Assembly: GCF_006345805.1 (NCBI RefSeq)
Contig: NC_043002.1
Location: forward strand, 18,724,001 to 18,788,000
Origin: Octopus sinensis
Lineage: Eukaryota
Length of the DNA: 64,000 nt
Direction: 5' to 3'
Below, piece after piece: positions 1 through 13,352 of the stretch; the first letter of the stretch is position 1; each line of letters begins with the position of its first letter. A program made the position numbers and the translations under genes. The notes under the pieces are model-generated. The model saw only the letters and a program-made list of their open reading frames with translations, ran no database searches and was not told where the DNA came from.

Positions 1-352
1 TGCCAGCCTCGTCTGGCACCTGCAGCCTCATCTGGCACCTGTGTCGGTGGCACATAAAAACACCATCCGAGCGTGGCCGTCTGCCAGCCTCGTCTGGCAC
101 CTGTGTCGGTGGCACATAAAAACACCATCCGAGCGTGGCCGTTCGCCAGCCTCGTCTGGCACCTGTGTCGGTGGCACATAAAATCACCCACTACACTCTC
201 GGAGTGGTTGGCGTTAGGAAGGGCATCCAGCTGTAGAAACACTGCCAGATCTGACTGGCCTGGTGCAGCCTTCGGGCTCCCCAGACCCCAGTTGAACCGT
301 CCAACCCATGCTAGCATGGAAAACGGACGCTAAATGATGATGATGATGATGA
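1..352 (+). mobile_element. 5'-truncated RTE 3' end (VNTR units + tail)
   Basis: Same 3' UTR sequence, ccatgctagcatgg palindrome and (ATG)n tail as the element at 35281-40126. Confidence 0.85.
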
Positions 353-488
353 TACACACACACACACACAATAGGTTTCTTCCAGTTTCCACCTACCAAA
401 TCGACTCAGAAGGGATTGGTTGGCCCAAGAAGTGGGGGTGAGAAAGCCATATAAAAAAAAAAAGAAAGAAAAAGAGATTCAATTCTGA

Positions 489-866
489 GGCGCATGAGTG
501 GCTGTGTGGTAAGTAGTTTGCTTACCAACCATATGGTTCCGGGTTCAGTCCCACTGTGTGGCACCTTGGGTAGGTGTCTTCTGCTATAGCCTCAGGCCCA
601 CCAAAGCCTTGTGAGTGGATTTGGTAGACGGAAACTGAAAGAAGCCCGTCGTATATATGTGTGTGTGCGCGTATGTTTGTCCCCCCAACATCGCTTGACA
701 ACCGATGATAGTGTGTTTATGTCCCCATAACTTAGTGGTTCGGCAAAAGACCGATAGAATATGTACTAGGCTTACAAAGAATAATTCCTGGTGTCGATTT
801 TCTCGACTAAAGGCAGTGCTCCAGCATGGCCACAGTCAAATGACTGAAACAAGTAAAGAGTAAGAG
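489..866 (+). mobile_element. SINE-A (tRNA-like head, CORE-like ggcaccttgggcaagtg, internal microsatellite)
   Basis: A-box-like tggctgtgtgg and B-box ggttcagtccc; 3' end ccagcatggcc(a/g)cagtcaaatgactgaaac; many copies in the window. Confidence 0.85.
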
Positions 867-1434
867 TCATTTACTTCTAAACATGTTTCACCGGAAACAA
901 ACAATGATACATTTTTAACAATAAAAACAGAATTTATATGAAAACCATTATCTGTTGCATATAGCAACAATACAATTGAATATATTTCAGTTTTACTACA
1001 ACTAGGCATGTAGCTGGCCAAGAGTATGCATGAGTGACAAGGCCCAACAGGTCAAACTGCATTTGGTTTTCTCATTAACCACTGCTGGGACTTCTTGTCT
1101 CTCAGATACATATTGGGATACTAAACACAGCAGGTCCATAACAGATGTCTCTCAGGACGAAAACTGCACTAAATTTGTATTTCAACAATGTATTTACATC
1201 AACTACAGTACATAGATAGTTATATAACATACATACATAAATATATATACACTCACATGCATATAGTATGAAGCACAGGTGTGGTTGTGTGGTAAGAAAT
1301 TTGCTTCCCAATCACATGGTTCTGGGTTCAGTCCCATGGCATGGCACCTTATGCAAGTGTCTTCTACTACAGCCTGGGGCCAACCAAAGTTTTGTGAGTG
1401 GATATGGTAGATGGAAACTGAAAGAAGCCTATCT

Positions 1435-1650
1435 GAACTGATGAAAACGCAGCTCAAAGATGACTGTTGTCGAAATCAAGAGCGAATCACTGAAGGTCTT
1501 TGACTTGCTTACAGAAAACAACTTCCAGGCCAAATTCCAAAAGTGGTAGGAACACCAGGACCAGTGCATTGCTGTGCAAGGTGACTATTTCGAAGGAGAA
1601 GATGCGAAAACTTAGGTATATAAATTATTTTTTATTAAACATAACTAGTC
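1435..1650 (+). mobile_element. mariner transposase C-terminal remnant
   Basis: ...[26 protein letters not shown]. Confidence 0.7.
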
Positions 1651-1654
1651 CAAA

Positions 1655-1910
<256 letters not shown>

Positions 1911-2084
1911 TAAAACCATAACTAAAGACAGAAAAAGCAATCACTACATTTATCTGTTTAATTGATAAAATGTAGTAATAATGAAAATACTAGTTAAAAC
2001 TCATTAGACTTAGAATCTTGTGAAGGTTCCAAATCTAACATTCGAATGTGATACAGGTGATTTTATTTTCATAACATCATATTA

Positions 2085-2169
2085 CTACATATTGACATTC
2101 CGCCGGGCATTAATAAGGTTTTCTCTTCTGGAAGCTCTCTGTTTAGTAACAGCCGTCCGGCGATTTTTT
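2085..2169 (-). CDS. NUSAP1: NUSAP1 last coding exon
   Basis: tattatttcag acceptor; phase 2 gives RKNRRTAVTKQRASRRENLINARRNVNM-stop, a basic helix like the NUSAP1 C-terminus; AATAAA on the minus strand at 2067-2062 and 1636-1631. Confidence 0.88.
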
Positions 2170-2797
2170 CTGAAATAATAGCAATGACAACAATTAAGTA
2201 CATAAAATTACAAACATATATGTTTAATATCGTTATTCTTTTGCTGTAAAGGAATCACATTGAAAAAATGAAGAAAAAATAAAATAAAAGGCATCAGAAG
2301 AGCAATGCATACCTTGTGCGCACACAAGGATAAAAATAAAAATTTCAGACGAATTCATATCGTTTATGCACATGTAACAAAGAAAAAAAAAAGACATTTT
2401 GATTCCCTCGTCCACTAGTTTTGAAGATAATCAAACCAAAATAATGAGTTTGAGCCACTCACCCAATGAGTATTTCTGCCAAGTTTGGTGAAAATCAGTT
2501 CAACCGTTTTCCAGTAATTTTGCAAACACACAGACAAAGTAGTTTTGCAAACACACAGACAAAGACGTGCAACTACATTACTTTGCTTTCGTGTGCAGGG
2601 TAATGACTGATTAAACTATCCATAATGGATTATCCCCAAAAAGTTGATTTTATTATGAACAAATAATGGACAGGAATTTTAAGTCAATTCAAAAGAAAAT
2701 CAAAAAGGGAAGCAACCTTCAACTTAAAACAATTCTGTCAGGTTCTAGGTAGCTGATGTCACACTGTCGTTCATCCCAAATTAGACATTTGGTGTTA

Positions 2798-3269
2798 TGA
2801 GGGGTGTATGAAAAGTTTTGAGCCTTGAAGTCTTCTTTCTTTCTTTCTTTTTCTTTTACTTGTTTCAGTCATTTGACTGCGGCCATGCTGGAGCACCGCC
2901 TTTAATCGAGCAACTCAACCCCCAAGACTTATTCTATTGGTCTCTTTTGCCGAACCGCTAGGTGACAGGGACATAAACACACCAGCATCGGTTGTCAAGC
3001 AATGCTAGGGGGACAAACACAAACATACACGCACACATATATATATACATATATACGACGGGCCTCCCGCAGCCTCCGTCCACCAAATCCACTCACAAGG
3101 TCCTGGTCGGCCCGAAGCTATAGTAGAAGACACTTGCCCAAGGTGCCACGCAGTGCGACTGAACCCGGAACCATGTGATTGGCAAAGAAGCCACTCACCA
3201 CACAGCCACTCCTGCACCTATGTACCAAGTTTTGTTTTTTGAGGCTGAAAGCTTTTCATACACCCCTCG
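2798..3269. mobile_element. mariner-type TIR pair enclosing a SINE-A copy
   Basis: TA-tgaggggtgtatgaaaagttttgagcct ... aggctgaaagcttttcatacacccctcg-TA. Confidence 0.7.
2850..3217 (-). mobile_element. SINE-A copy
   Basis: Reverse-strand match to 489-866. Confidence 0.85.
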
Positions 3270-3384
3270 TAGGTGTACCTAGCTAGAGAAACTATGCAAA
3301 ACAAGGTCACCAAGACACATTTAAGTGAACAATAATCCCAAGTAAAAAAAATCTGACAAGCCATCCAATTCATGCTAGCATGGA

Positions 3385-3742
3385 ACTCTCTCTCTCTCTC
3401 TTTTACTTGTTTCAGTCATTTGACTGTGGCCATGCTGGAGCACCGCCTTTAATCGAGCAACTCGACCCTGGGACTTATTCTTTGTAAGCCCAGTACTTAT
3501 TCTATCGGTCTCTTTTGCCGAACCGCTAAGTGACGGGGACATAAACACACCAGCATCGGTTGTCAAGCAATGCTAGGGGGACAAACACAAAAATACACAC
3601 ATATACATATATACGACAGGCTTCTTTCAGTTTCCGTCTACCAAATCCACTCACAAGGCTATAGTAGAAGACACTTGCCCAAGGTGCCACGCAGTGGGAC
3701 TGAACCCGGAACCATGTGGCTGGTAAACAAGCTACTTACCAC
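3385..3742 (-). mobile_element. SINE-A copy
   Basis: Reverse-strand match. Confidence 0.85.
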
Positions 3743-4353
3743 ATGTGGATGTGAAATAACAAAATCAGGTAATTTTAGGATATACTTTCTTTTTTTTTAG
3801 ATGGATAATATCACGAAACGTTGCATACATACAATAATTATAATTTAACATGGTTTTGGGTTCAGTCACTTTCATGGCACTTTGGGCTGACCAAAACCCT
3901 GTGAGTGGATTTGGTAAATGGAAACTGAAAGAAGCTTATTGTGGTGTGTGTGTGTTGTGTTGGTTGTTTTATATTCTTCTGTGAAAAGTGATCTGGCTAT
4001 GGAGAAATATCACCTAGCTTGGAAAGAGATGAGGTTGGTGACAGAAAATTTGCCTCAATAAATTGTCTGACCCATGCAAACATGGAAAAATAGCCATTAA
4101 AATGATGATGATGACAATGATTTATGAGAAAAACTGGATTTAAAAGGAAAGCTTGTTCCAACCAGTCACAGAAGTTCCAAAGAGTCACGGACACCTCTCT
4201 TGCTCTTCCTCTAGGAAAAGGAAGAAGACAAGAAAAATGTATGCACTTATATACAAGATGTGGAAAATATCTTTAAGCTAATAATTTTAAGCAATTAGAT
4301 AAAGAAGTTGAAATATGTTATTTTATGCATACATAAGGTTTTATAATTCTGTA

Positions 4354-4355
<2 letters not shown>

Positions 4356-4384
<29 letters not shown>

Positions 4385-4560
4385 TTTTATAAGCTTAAAG
4401 TGGATCACCATGTACTGACTAAAGATAATAGTCTAATACTGGGGTACATAAGCCCTCAACAGAAAAAAGTGGGTTTTCCATACATGTGGGATTCGAACCC
4501 ACACTGCTATGTTTTTGCGACAAATATGCTACCATTACACCAACATAACACCCTCACTTC
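4356..4560 (-). mobile_element. Short tRNA-headed retroposon with (TTA)n tail, partly duplicated at 4660-4752
   Basis: Minus strand ggtgtaatggtagca ... ggttcgaatccc boxes, no proper cloverleaf, (TTA)n tail. Confidence 0.5.
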
Positions 4561-4798
4561 GTTCTCTCAAATTTAAGAACTATAATTTCATAGTGTTGTT
4601 TTTATAAACGTGTGATTTCTACGATGATCTGATAAGTTATGCCAATTTTTACAATTTTGTAAATAATAATAATAATAATAATGATATTTTATAAGCTTAA
4701 AGCTTATAAGCGATCATCATGTATTGACTAAAGAAAATAGTCTAATACTGGGACCTATTTTCCTTAGTAAATACACGGTGATTGCTTATAAACTTTGA

Positions 4799-5067
4799 CC
4801 CTTTAGTATTTAAACTGGCCATATCAGGCCCATGTATCCTACCTGTTTTATGTTTAACCCTTTAGCATTCAAACCGGCCAAAATATTTAACCGGTATTAT
4901 ATTGAAACTGACCAGATCTCGCCTCTCACCTCAGCCCTACCATGTCATTCTAAAACTAAAAAATCACATCACTAAAATCTATAAACTACAAGACAATGCA
5001 TGACTAATTCATATCAATGTGAATAAATAAGCCTCACATTTGACAGGATAATCTGAACACTAAAGGG
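4799..5067 (+). mobile_element. Second piggyBac-type MITE family
   Basis: ccctttagtatt...aacactaaaggg-TTAA; related pieces at ~5490-5830 (both orientations) and 12872-13410. Confidence 0.7.
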
Positions 5068-5090
5068 TTAACCCTTTAATGTTCATATTA

Positions 5091-5480
5091 AGGAGTGGCT
5101 GTGTGGTAAGTATCTTGCTAACCAACCACATGGTTCCGGGTTCAGTCCCACTGCGTGGCATCTTGGGCAAGTGTCTTCTGCTATAGCCCCGGGCCGACCA
5201 ATGCCTTGTGAGTGGATTTGGTAGACGGAAACTGAAAGAAGCCCGTCGTATATATGTATATATACATATATATATGTGTGTGTGTGTGTGTGTTTGTCCC
5301 CCTAGCATTGCTTGACAACCGATGCTGGTGTGTTTACGTCCCCATCACTTAGCGGTTCGGCAAAATAGACCGATAGAATAAGTGCTGGGCTTATAAAGAA
5401 TAAGTTCCGGGGTCGATTTGCTCGACTAAAGGTGGTGCTCCAGCATGGCCGCAGTCAAATGACTGAAAAAAGTAAAAGAG
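5091..5480 (+). mobile_element. SINE-A copy
   Basis: Full-length match. Confidence 0.85.
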
Positions 5481-5865
5481 TATCAAACATAATGCCTATT
5501 GATTCCCATTGATTTGAATTAATCATGCATTATCTCATATCTTCAAGATCTTGATGGTGTAACTACTCAATGTAGAATAACATTGTAGGGTAGGTGTGAG
5601 AGCCTGGATCTGGTCAATTTGAACATAAAACAGATTAAATATTTTGGCCAGATACAGCCGGTTTAAATACTAAAGGGTTAAACTGACCGGATCTGGCTTC
5701 TCACACCTACCCTGCAATATCATTCTAAAAATAAACAATCACATCATCGAAATCTCAAAGCTATGAGATAATACCTGATTAATTCCAAATAGTGTGAATA
5801 TGACAGAATAATTTGAATGCTAAAGGCTAAAACTTATAAAATATTATTATTACTTACAGAATTGT

Positions 5866-6172
5866 GTGGAGGTGCAATGGCCCAGTGGTTAGGGTAGCGG
5901 ACTCGCAGTTGTAGGATCGCAGTTTCGATTCCCAGACCGGGCGTTGTGAGTGTTTATTGAGCGAAAACTCCTGAAGCTCCACGAGGCTCCGGCAGGGGGT
6001 GGTGGCGATCCCTGCTGTACTCCTTCGCCACAACTTTCTCTCACTCTTTCTTCTGTTGGCCTGCTCGCTTAGCCAGCGGGGTGGCGTCATTTGAAGGCTA
6101 AAACAATGCGAAGCGCATTGTGACCAGCGACGTGTAGCAACATCTGATAGCCTGGTCAGTCACAGCACGGTA
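5866..6172 (+). mobile_element. SINE-B (tRNA-derived)
   Basis: A box tggcccagtgg, B box gtttcgattcc; 14-bp TSD acttacagaattgt (5852-5865 / 6173-6186). Confidence 0.88.
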
Positions 6173-6744
6173 ACTTACAGAATTGTAAAAATCAGTGCTA
6201 CTTGCCAAATCACCACAGATAAGGTTTTATATTTTATCGTTGTCACTTTAATGCCCACTTTTCTATGTTTACATGGGTCGGACATAGTTTATTGAGGCAG
6301 ATTTTCTACAACCAGATGCCCTCCCTAATATCAACCCTCACCTGTTTCTAAGCACAGTAATATTCCCCACTTGGGCAAACGTTCTGGCAGAATATTGGAA
6401 CATCATCATTTAACATCCGCTGTCCATGTTGGCATGGGTTGGACGGTTTGACCAGAGCTGGTAAGCTGAGGGGCTGCACCACACACCAGTCTGATTTGGC
6501 ATGGTTGGATGTCCTTCCTAATGCCAACCATTCCAAAGTATAATGAGTTCTTTTACATGCCACCGATATAAGTACCAGCTGATGAGGCCAGTATCTGCCA
6601 CAACTACGATTCCACTTAGCTTTGAGAGTCTTCTCAAGCAGGGAGTATTGCCACTACTTGCATAAATTTAAATGTATGTATAACCTACTTGGATTAACAG
6701 AATTTGAATAGGAGTGGAGAATTACATAAATAGAAAATGAACGA

Positions 6745-7035
6745 TTCATGACTTTCGGAAACATTTTTTCACGCTAAGAGTTGCTGAAGCATGGAACAAA
6801 CTGCCAGCATCAGTTGTTATTTGTCAGAGCACCGCATCCTTCAAAACTTCCGTGGTTCCTGAGATTCGCCAACACTACACCTGATTTTCTCCCCTCCATA
6901 CACACACAAGCATGTATCTGACTCATACACTGTTTGCTGTCCAGACATTTGTACATTACTGCATATACTTTATATGCACTTATTGACAAGTTGTAGTGCA
7001 CCTGAGCACTGTATACATTAATTTTATTATATTAT
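6745..7035 (+). mobile_element. CR1 3' end, same family as 43683-44367
   Basis: catgactttcggaaacattttttcacgct...gttgtagtgcacctgagcactgta is shared with the 44.0-44.3 kb copy. Confidence 0.8.
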
Positions 7036-7046
7036 ATATATCTCAC

Positions 7047-7242
7047 CTGTTTGCTTCAATAGATGTTTGGAGGCCTTTCTTGAAGTACTTCGGCTCAGTA
7101 TCGCCAATTGCAAGAGGTTTTAATTTGCCTTTATGTTGCTTCCATGTAATTGGCTTGGCTAGACTGGCTTGCAGATCAAATTTTGGTTTTTTGGCTCCAG
7201 AAGATGATATGCTTTTGTTTGCAATAAAATTGAAAGGTGTAA
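7047..7242 (-). CDS. NUSAP1: NUSAP1 coding exon 7 (microtubule-binding C-terminal motif)
   Basis: FTPFNF...KKPKFDLQASLAKPITWKQHKGKLKPL matches human [27 protein letters not shown]; cttctcttccag acceptor, AG|GTGAGA donor; phase 1/2. Confidence 0.95.
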
Positions 7243-7791
7243 CTGGAAGAGAAGATTCAAAATTGAATTAGCATTATAAATCTTTTATATAATTGAGCAT
7301 TTGCAGTTTACCATCTTTTTACTTTAGTATGCACACAACAGCAGCCTAAATTAGGTTTCCTTCCTATTAAGTATCCTCCTATGGGTCACAAATCAGCATC
7401 AAAGACTATGATGCTTTGCCTACTAAGATCTAATCAACCATGATAAGTTTTAAATATTCTGTGGGCAGTAAAGAAAGAAGACATGGTTACAAACAAACAA
7501 ACACACACACACTAATGATATATCATAAATAAAGTATCCTGTAAAAATACTGTATTTCAACTTTATGTTTAAATATTTTGGCCAAGAGAATTTCCATGCA
7601 GGATATAAAAAAACCCCCTCATATTTCTGGCAATGATGTTTTATGAAACTGATCAGTTTCCAGTATGGTGCACCACTGCTATGGTGTTGCTGTCATCCAC
7701 CCATTGCAAACAACTGACAGACAGATAACAATTTAAAATGCCTTTCCTCTTTCTAGAATTTTTCACTTAGATAATTTTAAACGTTTCTTAA

Positions 7792-8012
7792 CCCTTTCGT
7801 TACCGTATTCATTTTGAGATGCTCTGTGTTTCTTTCAGTTATTTTAAATATAACAAAGAATTTAGTAAAATAACTTAGTTATCATTCAGCTAGTGTTAGG
7901 ATCATAAATTGTGACTAAGGTTTGGTAGGAGATTTTAATTCAAAACTTATGAAAACAAGACATTTGTATTACAGAGCCAGAGCCGGTTTTGGCCGGGTTG
8001 GTAACGAAAGGG
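7792..8012 (+). mobile_element. piggyBac-type MITE
   Basis: TTAA-ccctttcgttacc...ggtaacgaaaggg-TTAA. Confidence 0.85.
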
Positions 8013-8204
8013 TTAAAGGCAATACTGACATCAAATAATGTAAGACATACGTTACGCGTAGATTATGTATGCTGGGAAGATGAGTACAATGAGATGATAT
8101 GATTTCTCCATATACGTGCTGATTTACAGTAAGCAATTTTTCATAAGGCTGTACAAACAGGCAGTGATAATTTGACTTGTTTCCAATATTTTATTATTAC
8201 TCTT

Positions 8205-8733
8205 TTACATGTTTCAGTCATTTGACTGCGGCCATGCTGGAGCACCGCCCATAAGTCGAGCAAATCGACCCCAGGACTTATTCTTTGTAAGCCTAGTACT
8301 TTTTCTATCAGTCTCTTTTGCCAAACTGCTAAGTTTCAGGGACATAAACACACCAGCATCGGTTGTCAAGTGATGTTGGGGGGACAAACACAGACACACA
8401 AACATGTGGCACGTAAAAAGCACCCACTACACTCACGGAGTGGTTGGCGTTAGGAAGGGCATCCAGCTGTAGAAACATTGCCAGATAAGACCGGAGCCTG
8501 GTGCAGCCTTCTGGCTTCCCAGATCCCCGGTCGAACCGTCCAACCCATGCTAGCATGGAGAACGGACGTTAAACGATGATGATGATATACAAATATATGA
8601 CGGGCTTCTGTCAGTTTTCGTCTACCATTTGGTCGGCCTGAGACTATAGTAGAAGACACTTGCCGCAGAGGGACTGAACCCAGAACCATGTGGTTGGTAA
8701 GCAAGCTACTTACCACACAGTCACTCCTGTGCC
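8205..8733 (-). mobile_element. SINE-A copy interrupted by an RTE tail
   Basis: The two halves flank 8406-8587. Confidence 0.8.
8406..8587 (+). mobile_element. RTE 3' end inserted in the internal microsatellite of a SINE-A copy
   Basis: RTE tail sequence splits the SINE-A at 8205-8733. Confidence 0.8.
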
Positions 8734-9384
8734 TATTAGCAACAATTATTGTGCCCAACCAACTTTTGCTCATCTTAACCCACAACACTCAGTCTCCCAA
8801 CCATAATACAGCCACAATAGACACAGGAATTCTTTTTTTGATGCATTTAAAAACATAAAAGTGTGTCTTATACATTGGCAAATTTTGTAATTATAAAAAT
8901 AAAATAACTAATAGAAATAATTCTACATCTTAACATTTTAACAATAGGGACCATGTTAAGGTACAGTTAACAGAGTGGACAACTGTATAATTGACAAATA
9001 TTTTGGGATCTTAAAATGCTAGATTCAAAACCTTTTTAATAATATGAAGGCTGTTGAGCCCCATATTAGCTTCTAATCAAGCAGATATAAAATCAAAGGC
9101 TTTCCAGCCACGACCATCATCTTTGCTCAGATATACCTTCGACTATATTATTAAATATATCATTTTCCTTTTAAAAGGTATTAGTGGGTAATTTGTGGAA
9201 GGTTGTCTAACATTTGTAGCAGATACAAAACAACGCAGGAACTGGGTATTGTGGAGATGTAATGTTAACTGATGGTACAAAGTGACAGGCACTAAGAATT
9301 GCCAAGTACTCTATTAGTTTCAAGTACAAAGTTTGAATCTTCTTATGAATGAAAAATTAATGGAACTTGCAAAAACTACCAACC

Positions 9385-9716
9385 AAGCATGGCCGTTGCA
9401 AGCCTCCCCTGGCACCTGTGCCGGTGGCATCTAAGAAGCACCATCCGTACATGGTCAATGCCAGCACCACCTTGACTGGCTTCCGTACCGGTGGCACATA
9501 AAAAGCACCAGCTGATCATGGCCGTTTGCCAGCCTCGTCTGGCACGTAAATAGCATCCACTACACTCACGGAGTGGTTGGCGTTAGGAAGGGCATCCAGC
9601 TGTAGAAACACTGCCAGATCAGACTGGAGCCTGGTGCAGCCTCCTGGCTTCCCAGACCCTGGTTGAACCGTCCAACCCATGCTAGCATGGAAAACGGACA
9701 TTAAACGATGATGATG
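9385..9716 (+). mobile_element. 5'-truncated RTE 3' end
   Basis: Shared 3' UTR and (ATG)n tail; ends ~30 bp from the NUSAP1 exon 6 donor. Confidence 0.8.
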
Positions 9717-9748
9717 CAATAAAGTTTAAAAACAAGCAAAATACTTAC

Positions 9749-9983
9749 AAACTTTTTTCTCAGTTTTGCTCTCATTCATCCTTGGTGACATGAAAGGTGC
9801 TCTACAATCAGTTTTTTTAGAAGAGCTAGACACTTTCTTGGCACTCAACTTCTTTGCAGATGTTTCCTGTCCTTTTTTCGTAGACTTTGGTAATTTAGAA
9901 CTGGAGTTTGTGAACTGTAAACATATTTCTTTTACCGATGTCACTTTAGGAATGAAACTAGTCACAGGAGCACGTTTTGGAAT
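9749..9983 (-). CDS. NUSAP1: NUSAP1 coding exon 6
   Basis: ttcttcccttacag acceptor; basic, Ser-rich IPKRAPVTSFIPKVTSVK...KTEKKV; T|GTAAGT donor; phase 0/1. Confidence 0.88.
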
Positions 9984-11334
9984 CTGTAAGGGAAGAATTA
10001 GAAGTCAATACAAATAGTTATTCTACTACTACTACTACTATATCATTTAACATTCGTTTTCTATGCTGGCATGGGTTAGACAGTTTGACAGGGGCTGGCT
10101 AGGCAGAAGACTGCACCAGGCTTCACCATCTATTTTGGCTGGATGCCCTTCACCATCTATTTTTATGGCTGGATGCCCTTCCTAAAACCAACCACTCCAG
10201 GGAGTGGACTGAGAGCTTTTTATGTGGCAACAGCACCAGCAAGGCCTGTTTGGGCACAGTTTTTACAGCTGGATGCCCTTCCAAAACACCAGCCACTTTA
10301 GAGTATGGACTAGATGCACCAGCACTAGTAGGGTCACCAAGTAACTTGCAAGACAAAGATCTTCCAAGTGGATGGTATTGGTGGAGGTGGTCTTGTGCCA
10401 GGTGATGAAAGGTTAGAGTGTGATAGAGGGATAGAAACAGGTGTCTTACTGTAGAGGAGATACATCTCCAATATGATACTCTTGTCAAACTATGTAACTG
10501 ACATATAGCACAACCCAAAGACCAAAGGTAATCATTTTACATCTCTTTGCCATGTTAGCATGGGTTAGGTGAATCTTATAGCACTTCATTAAATTCCTGG
10601 AACATTAAAGAAAAGAGTTAATTGCTATATATGTCAATTCATGCTTCACTTTTGGTGTGGTCACTATGGCTTGATGCTCTTCCTATTATCAACCATCTTA
10701 CAGCTGTACTGGATGCATTTCATCATGTCACCGGCGCTAGTGAAACTGTCTATTTCAAGACCTAAGTGCCTTCCAAATAGGATCAGTTCTTATTCAAAGT
10801 TACTCTCAAACTAGATGTGTAACTGATGATGTGGGTCAAGGAGCCCACGACTCATTTGTACATTCCCTTTTTGACAGGGTTTCTATGGCTAGATTCCTTT
10901 CAAACTACCAACCATTTTACATCATGTACTGGGTGCATTTTATCATGCCAGTGCTTGTCATACAGGTTGCTTGACCTGTATGACATGAAATAGTGACCAA
11001 ATTTTATCCTACTGTTTTAAAAGACAAAACATGAATAGGATACTGTAACGTAGTCCTAGATACATTAAGAATATAAGCCTAGATAGACATGTCCGGAACA
11101 TAATCATATGCCTGTTGGGTGAAGGTTGATTCAAAATGAAATAATCAAGGAAGGCTGACCCTAATAAAAGCCATAACTCCATAGTGGGTCACAATTTATG
11201 ATCATTTTATGCTTCTAATAAATGCAACACAACACATTCATGAAAATTATTTGATACTTGATGCTGGATAAAAACTAGGTAATATGTCAAGTTGAAAGGA
11301 GTTAACAGAAAATTGAAAAGAAAATGAACTTCAC

Positions 11335-11516
11335 CTTAGATTGCAGCGATCGGCAACTTTGTTTTTCTGATATTTTTTTATTCTCTTCCACAATCTGTTT
11401 AGCAAGCCGTGCAGGTGTAAGCAGTTTCTGAGCACGTTTGTTTTTCTTTTCTAAATACACATCAAGGGAGTCAAATTTCTGAAACATTTTCCGATGAATT
11501 TTTTCCCATTTTTTAC
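11335..11516 (-). CDS. NUSAP1: NUSAP1 coding exon 5
   Basis: GKKWEKIHRKMFQKFDSLDVYLEKKNKRAQKLLTP matches the conserved NUSAP1 motif (human FKKLHEAHFKEMESIDQYIERKK); TAGCAG acceptor, AAG|GTGAAG donor; phase 1/0. Confidence 0.92.
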
Positions 11517-12350
11517 CTGCTACATGGTTTGAAATAAAAAAAAAAAATGAAAGGTTTATGAATACAAGTATGGTAGTGTCTCACTATAGTTACATCAACT
11601 ACAATAGTTACAAGGTCTTAACATGTAAGTGCTTCTTGGTCACCGATAAGCACATTACAGCCAAAACTATAATACAGCCGAAATCAGGCATGGGTTACCC
11701 ATTTTCAAGAAGCAGGTCATGTGAAACATTTCATCAAGCAGGTCATCTTATTTAAAAAAACTGAAGGTAGTTTTTCATAAGGAGTGTCATTCAAATAAAC
11801 CTGGAAACTTTAGGTTGCCCATGACTGACCTAAAGGCAATCCTTTTATTCCAGAGACAGAAAATACTTCAGTTTCACTTGTTTGGTGACCCTCTTTAAAG
11901 ATCAAATAAGACACAAGATAGAATAACTCTCCCACACAAACATCCTAGCTTTATATTTGAAGCAAAGTAATCTGCCAAATCAAAATACTACAATCTTTTT
12001 TCCACAGAGATACTGTATCCTTACTTCCTATTCTATTGTTACTATAACAACCACTTATGAACTAGCTAGCTGCATACCACTTTCATGCAAAAGAAACCCC
12101 TCTCCTTTTCCCCATTTTATCTCACTACTCATCACCTAATCAGTGACTTAAATCCTTTTTCCCAAGCACATTATCTCACTGGAATGCTCTTCTCAACCAA
12201 GCTTTCTTTACAGATGATGACTACAGTTATACAAAGCTGAATAGAAACAGCACCAGGCTGCAAAAGTCATAAGTACAGCCCAGACACACTAAACTGTTAA
12301 ATAAAAAAACTAAAAAAAAACTAACCCCCTCCTTTAAATAAACAACTTAC

Positions 12351-12455
12351 CTCTTTCAGATGGCCCTGCAATATTTGATTCCTTCTTGGAAGATAGTACC
12401 ATGTTGACACAATTATCAAATTCTGTTGCTGATTTTGAAATCGTATTGGTTGTGG
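12351..12455 (-). CDS. NUSAP1: NUSAP1 coding exon 4
   Basis: ctcttctgctacag acceptor; 105 nt TTTNTISKSATEFDNCVNMVLSSKKESNIAGPSER; G|GTAAGT donor; phase 1/1. Confidence 0.82.
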
Positions 12456-13024
12456 CTGTAGCAGAAGAGAATCAGAGTTTAAAAAACTTTTTATATTAAA
12501 ATGCTAACGAAAGATTCCTGTGATGTAAAAAAATTTGTCACAGTGAAAGAGAATCAAATGAACACTACTGACACATACACACACTGACACACATATGAAC
12601 ACATGCAGACTGACAAGTTGTGTGTATGTATGTGAATATGGGAGAGTGGGAGTATGTGTATATATGCACACACTATTAACACTTGTATAAGTGAGTTTAT
12701 GTGTTTCTATTACCAAAATGGAGTTTGGTGTTATGGCATAGCACCTCAGTAACAAATAATTATTTTTTTAAATCTGTCGGTCAAAAGGTAAACTTTTGCA
12801 ATTTGTAAAAGGAGAGGAATAAAACTAAAATACTGTAATATAAAAAGCTGTGTGCTCTACCTTGATTTAACCCTTTAGCATTTAAACTGGCCATATCCAG
12901 TCCAAATAATCTACCTATTTGTGTTCGAACTAGTCAGGTTCAGCCTCACACTTACCCTACAATGTCATTCTTAAAATAAACAATCATATCACTGAAATCT
13001 TGACACTGCAAGATAATGTATAAT

Positions 13025-13352
13025 TAATTCAAAGTGCCAGTGGCACGTAAAAAGCACCATCCGACTCGTGGCCGATGCCAGCCCCGCCTTGTCTGGCTTC
13101 CATGCCGGTGGCACGTAAAATGCACCAATCCGATCGTGGCCGTTGCCAGCCTCGCCTGGCACCTGTGCAGGTAGCACATAAAAAGCACCCACTACACTCA
13201 CGGAGTGGTTGGCGTTAGGAAGGGCATCCAGCTGTAGAAACACTGCCAGATCAGATTGAAGCCTGGTGCAGCCATCTGGTTCGCCAGCCCTCAGTCATAC
13301 GCCCAACCCATGCTAGCATGGGGAACGGACGTTAAATGATGATGATGATGAT
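13025..13352 (+). mobile_element. RTE 3' end interrupting a piggyBac-type MITE (12872-13410)
   Basis: Shared 3' UTR and tail; flanks rejoin as the aaccctttagcatt MITE family. Confidence 0.75.

Noticed and set aside
4483-4545. Possible tRNA gene, also the heads of SINE-B and SINE-C
   Set aside because: A and B boxes are present but there is no complete cloverleaf or canonical anticodon loop, and each continues into a SINE body with a tail or TSD.
9766-10017. Plus-strand ORFs over NUSAP1 exons (also 6996-7271) and over the RTE (37328-39893)
   Set aside because: Antisense shadows of the real minus-strand frames.
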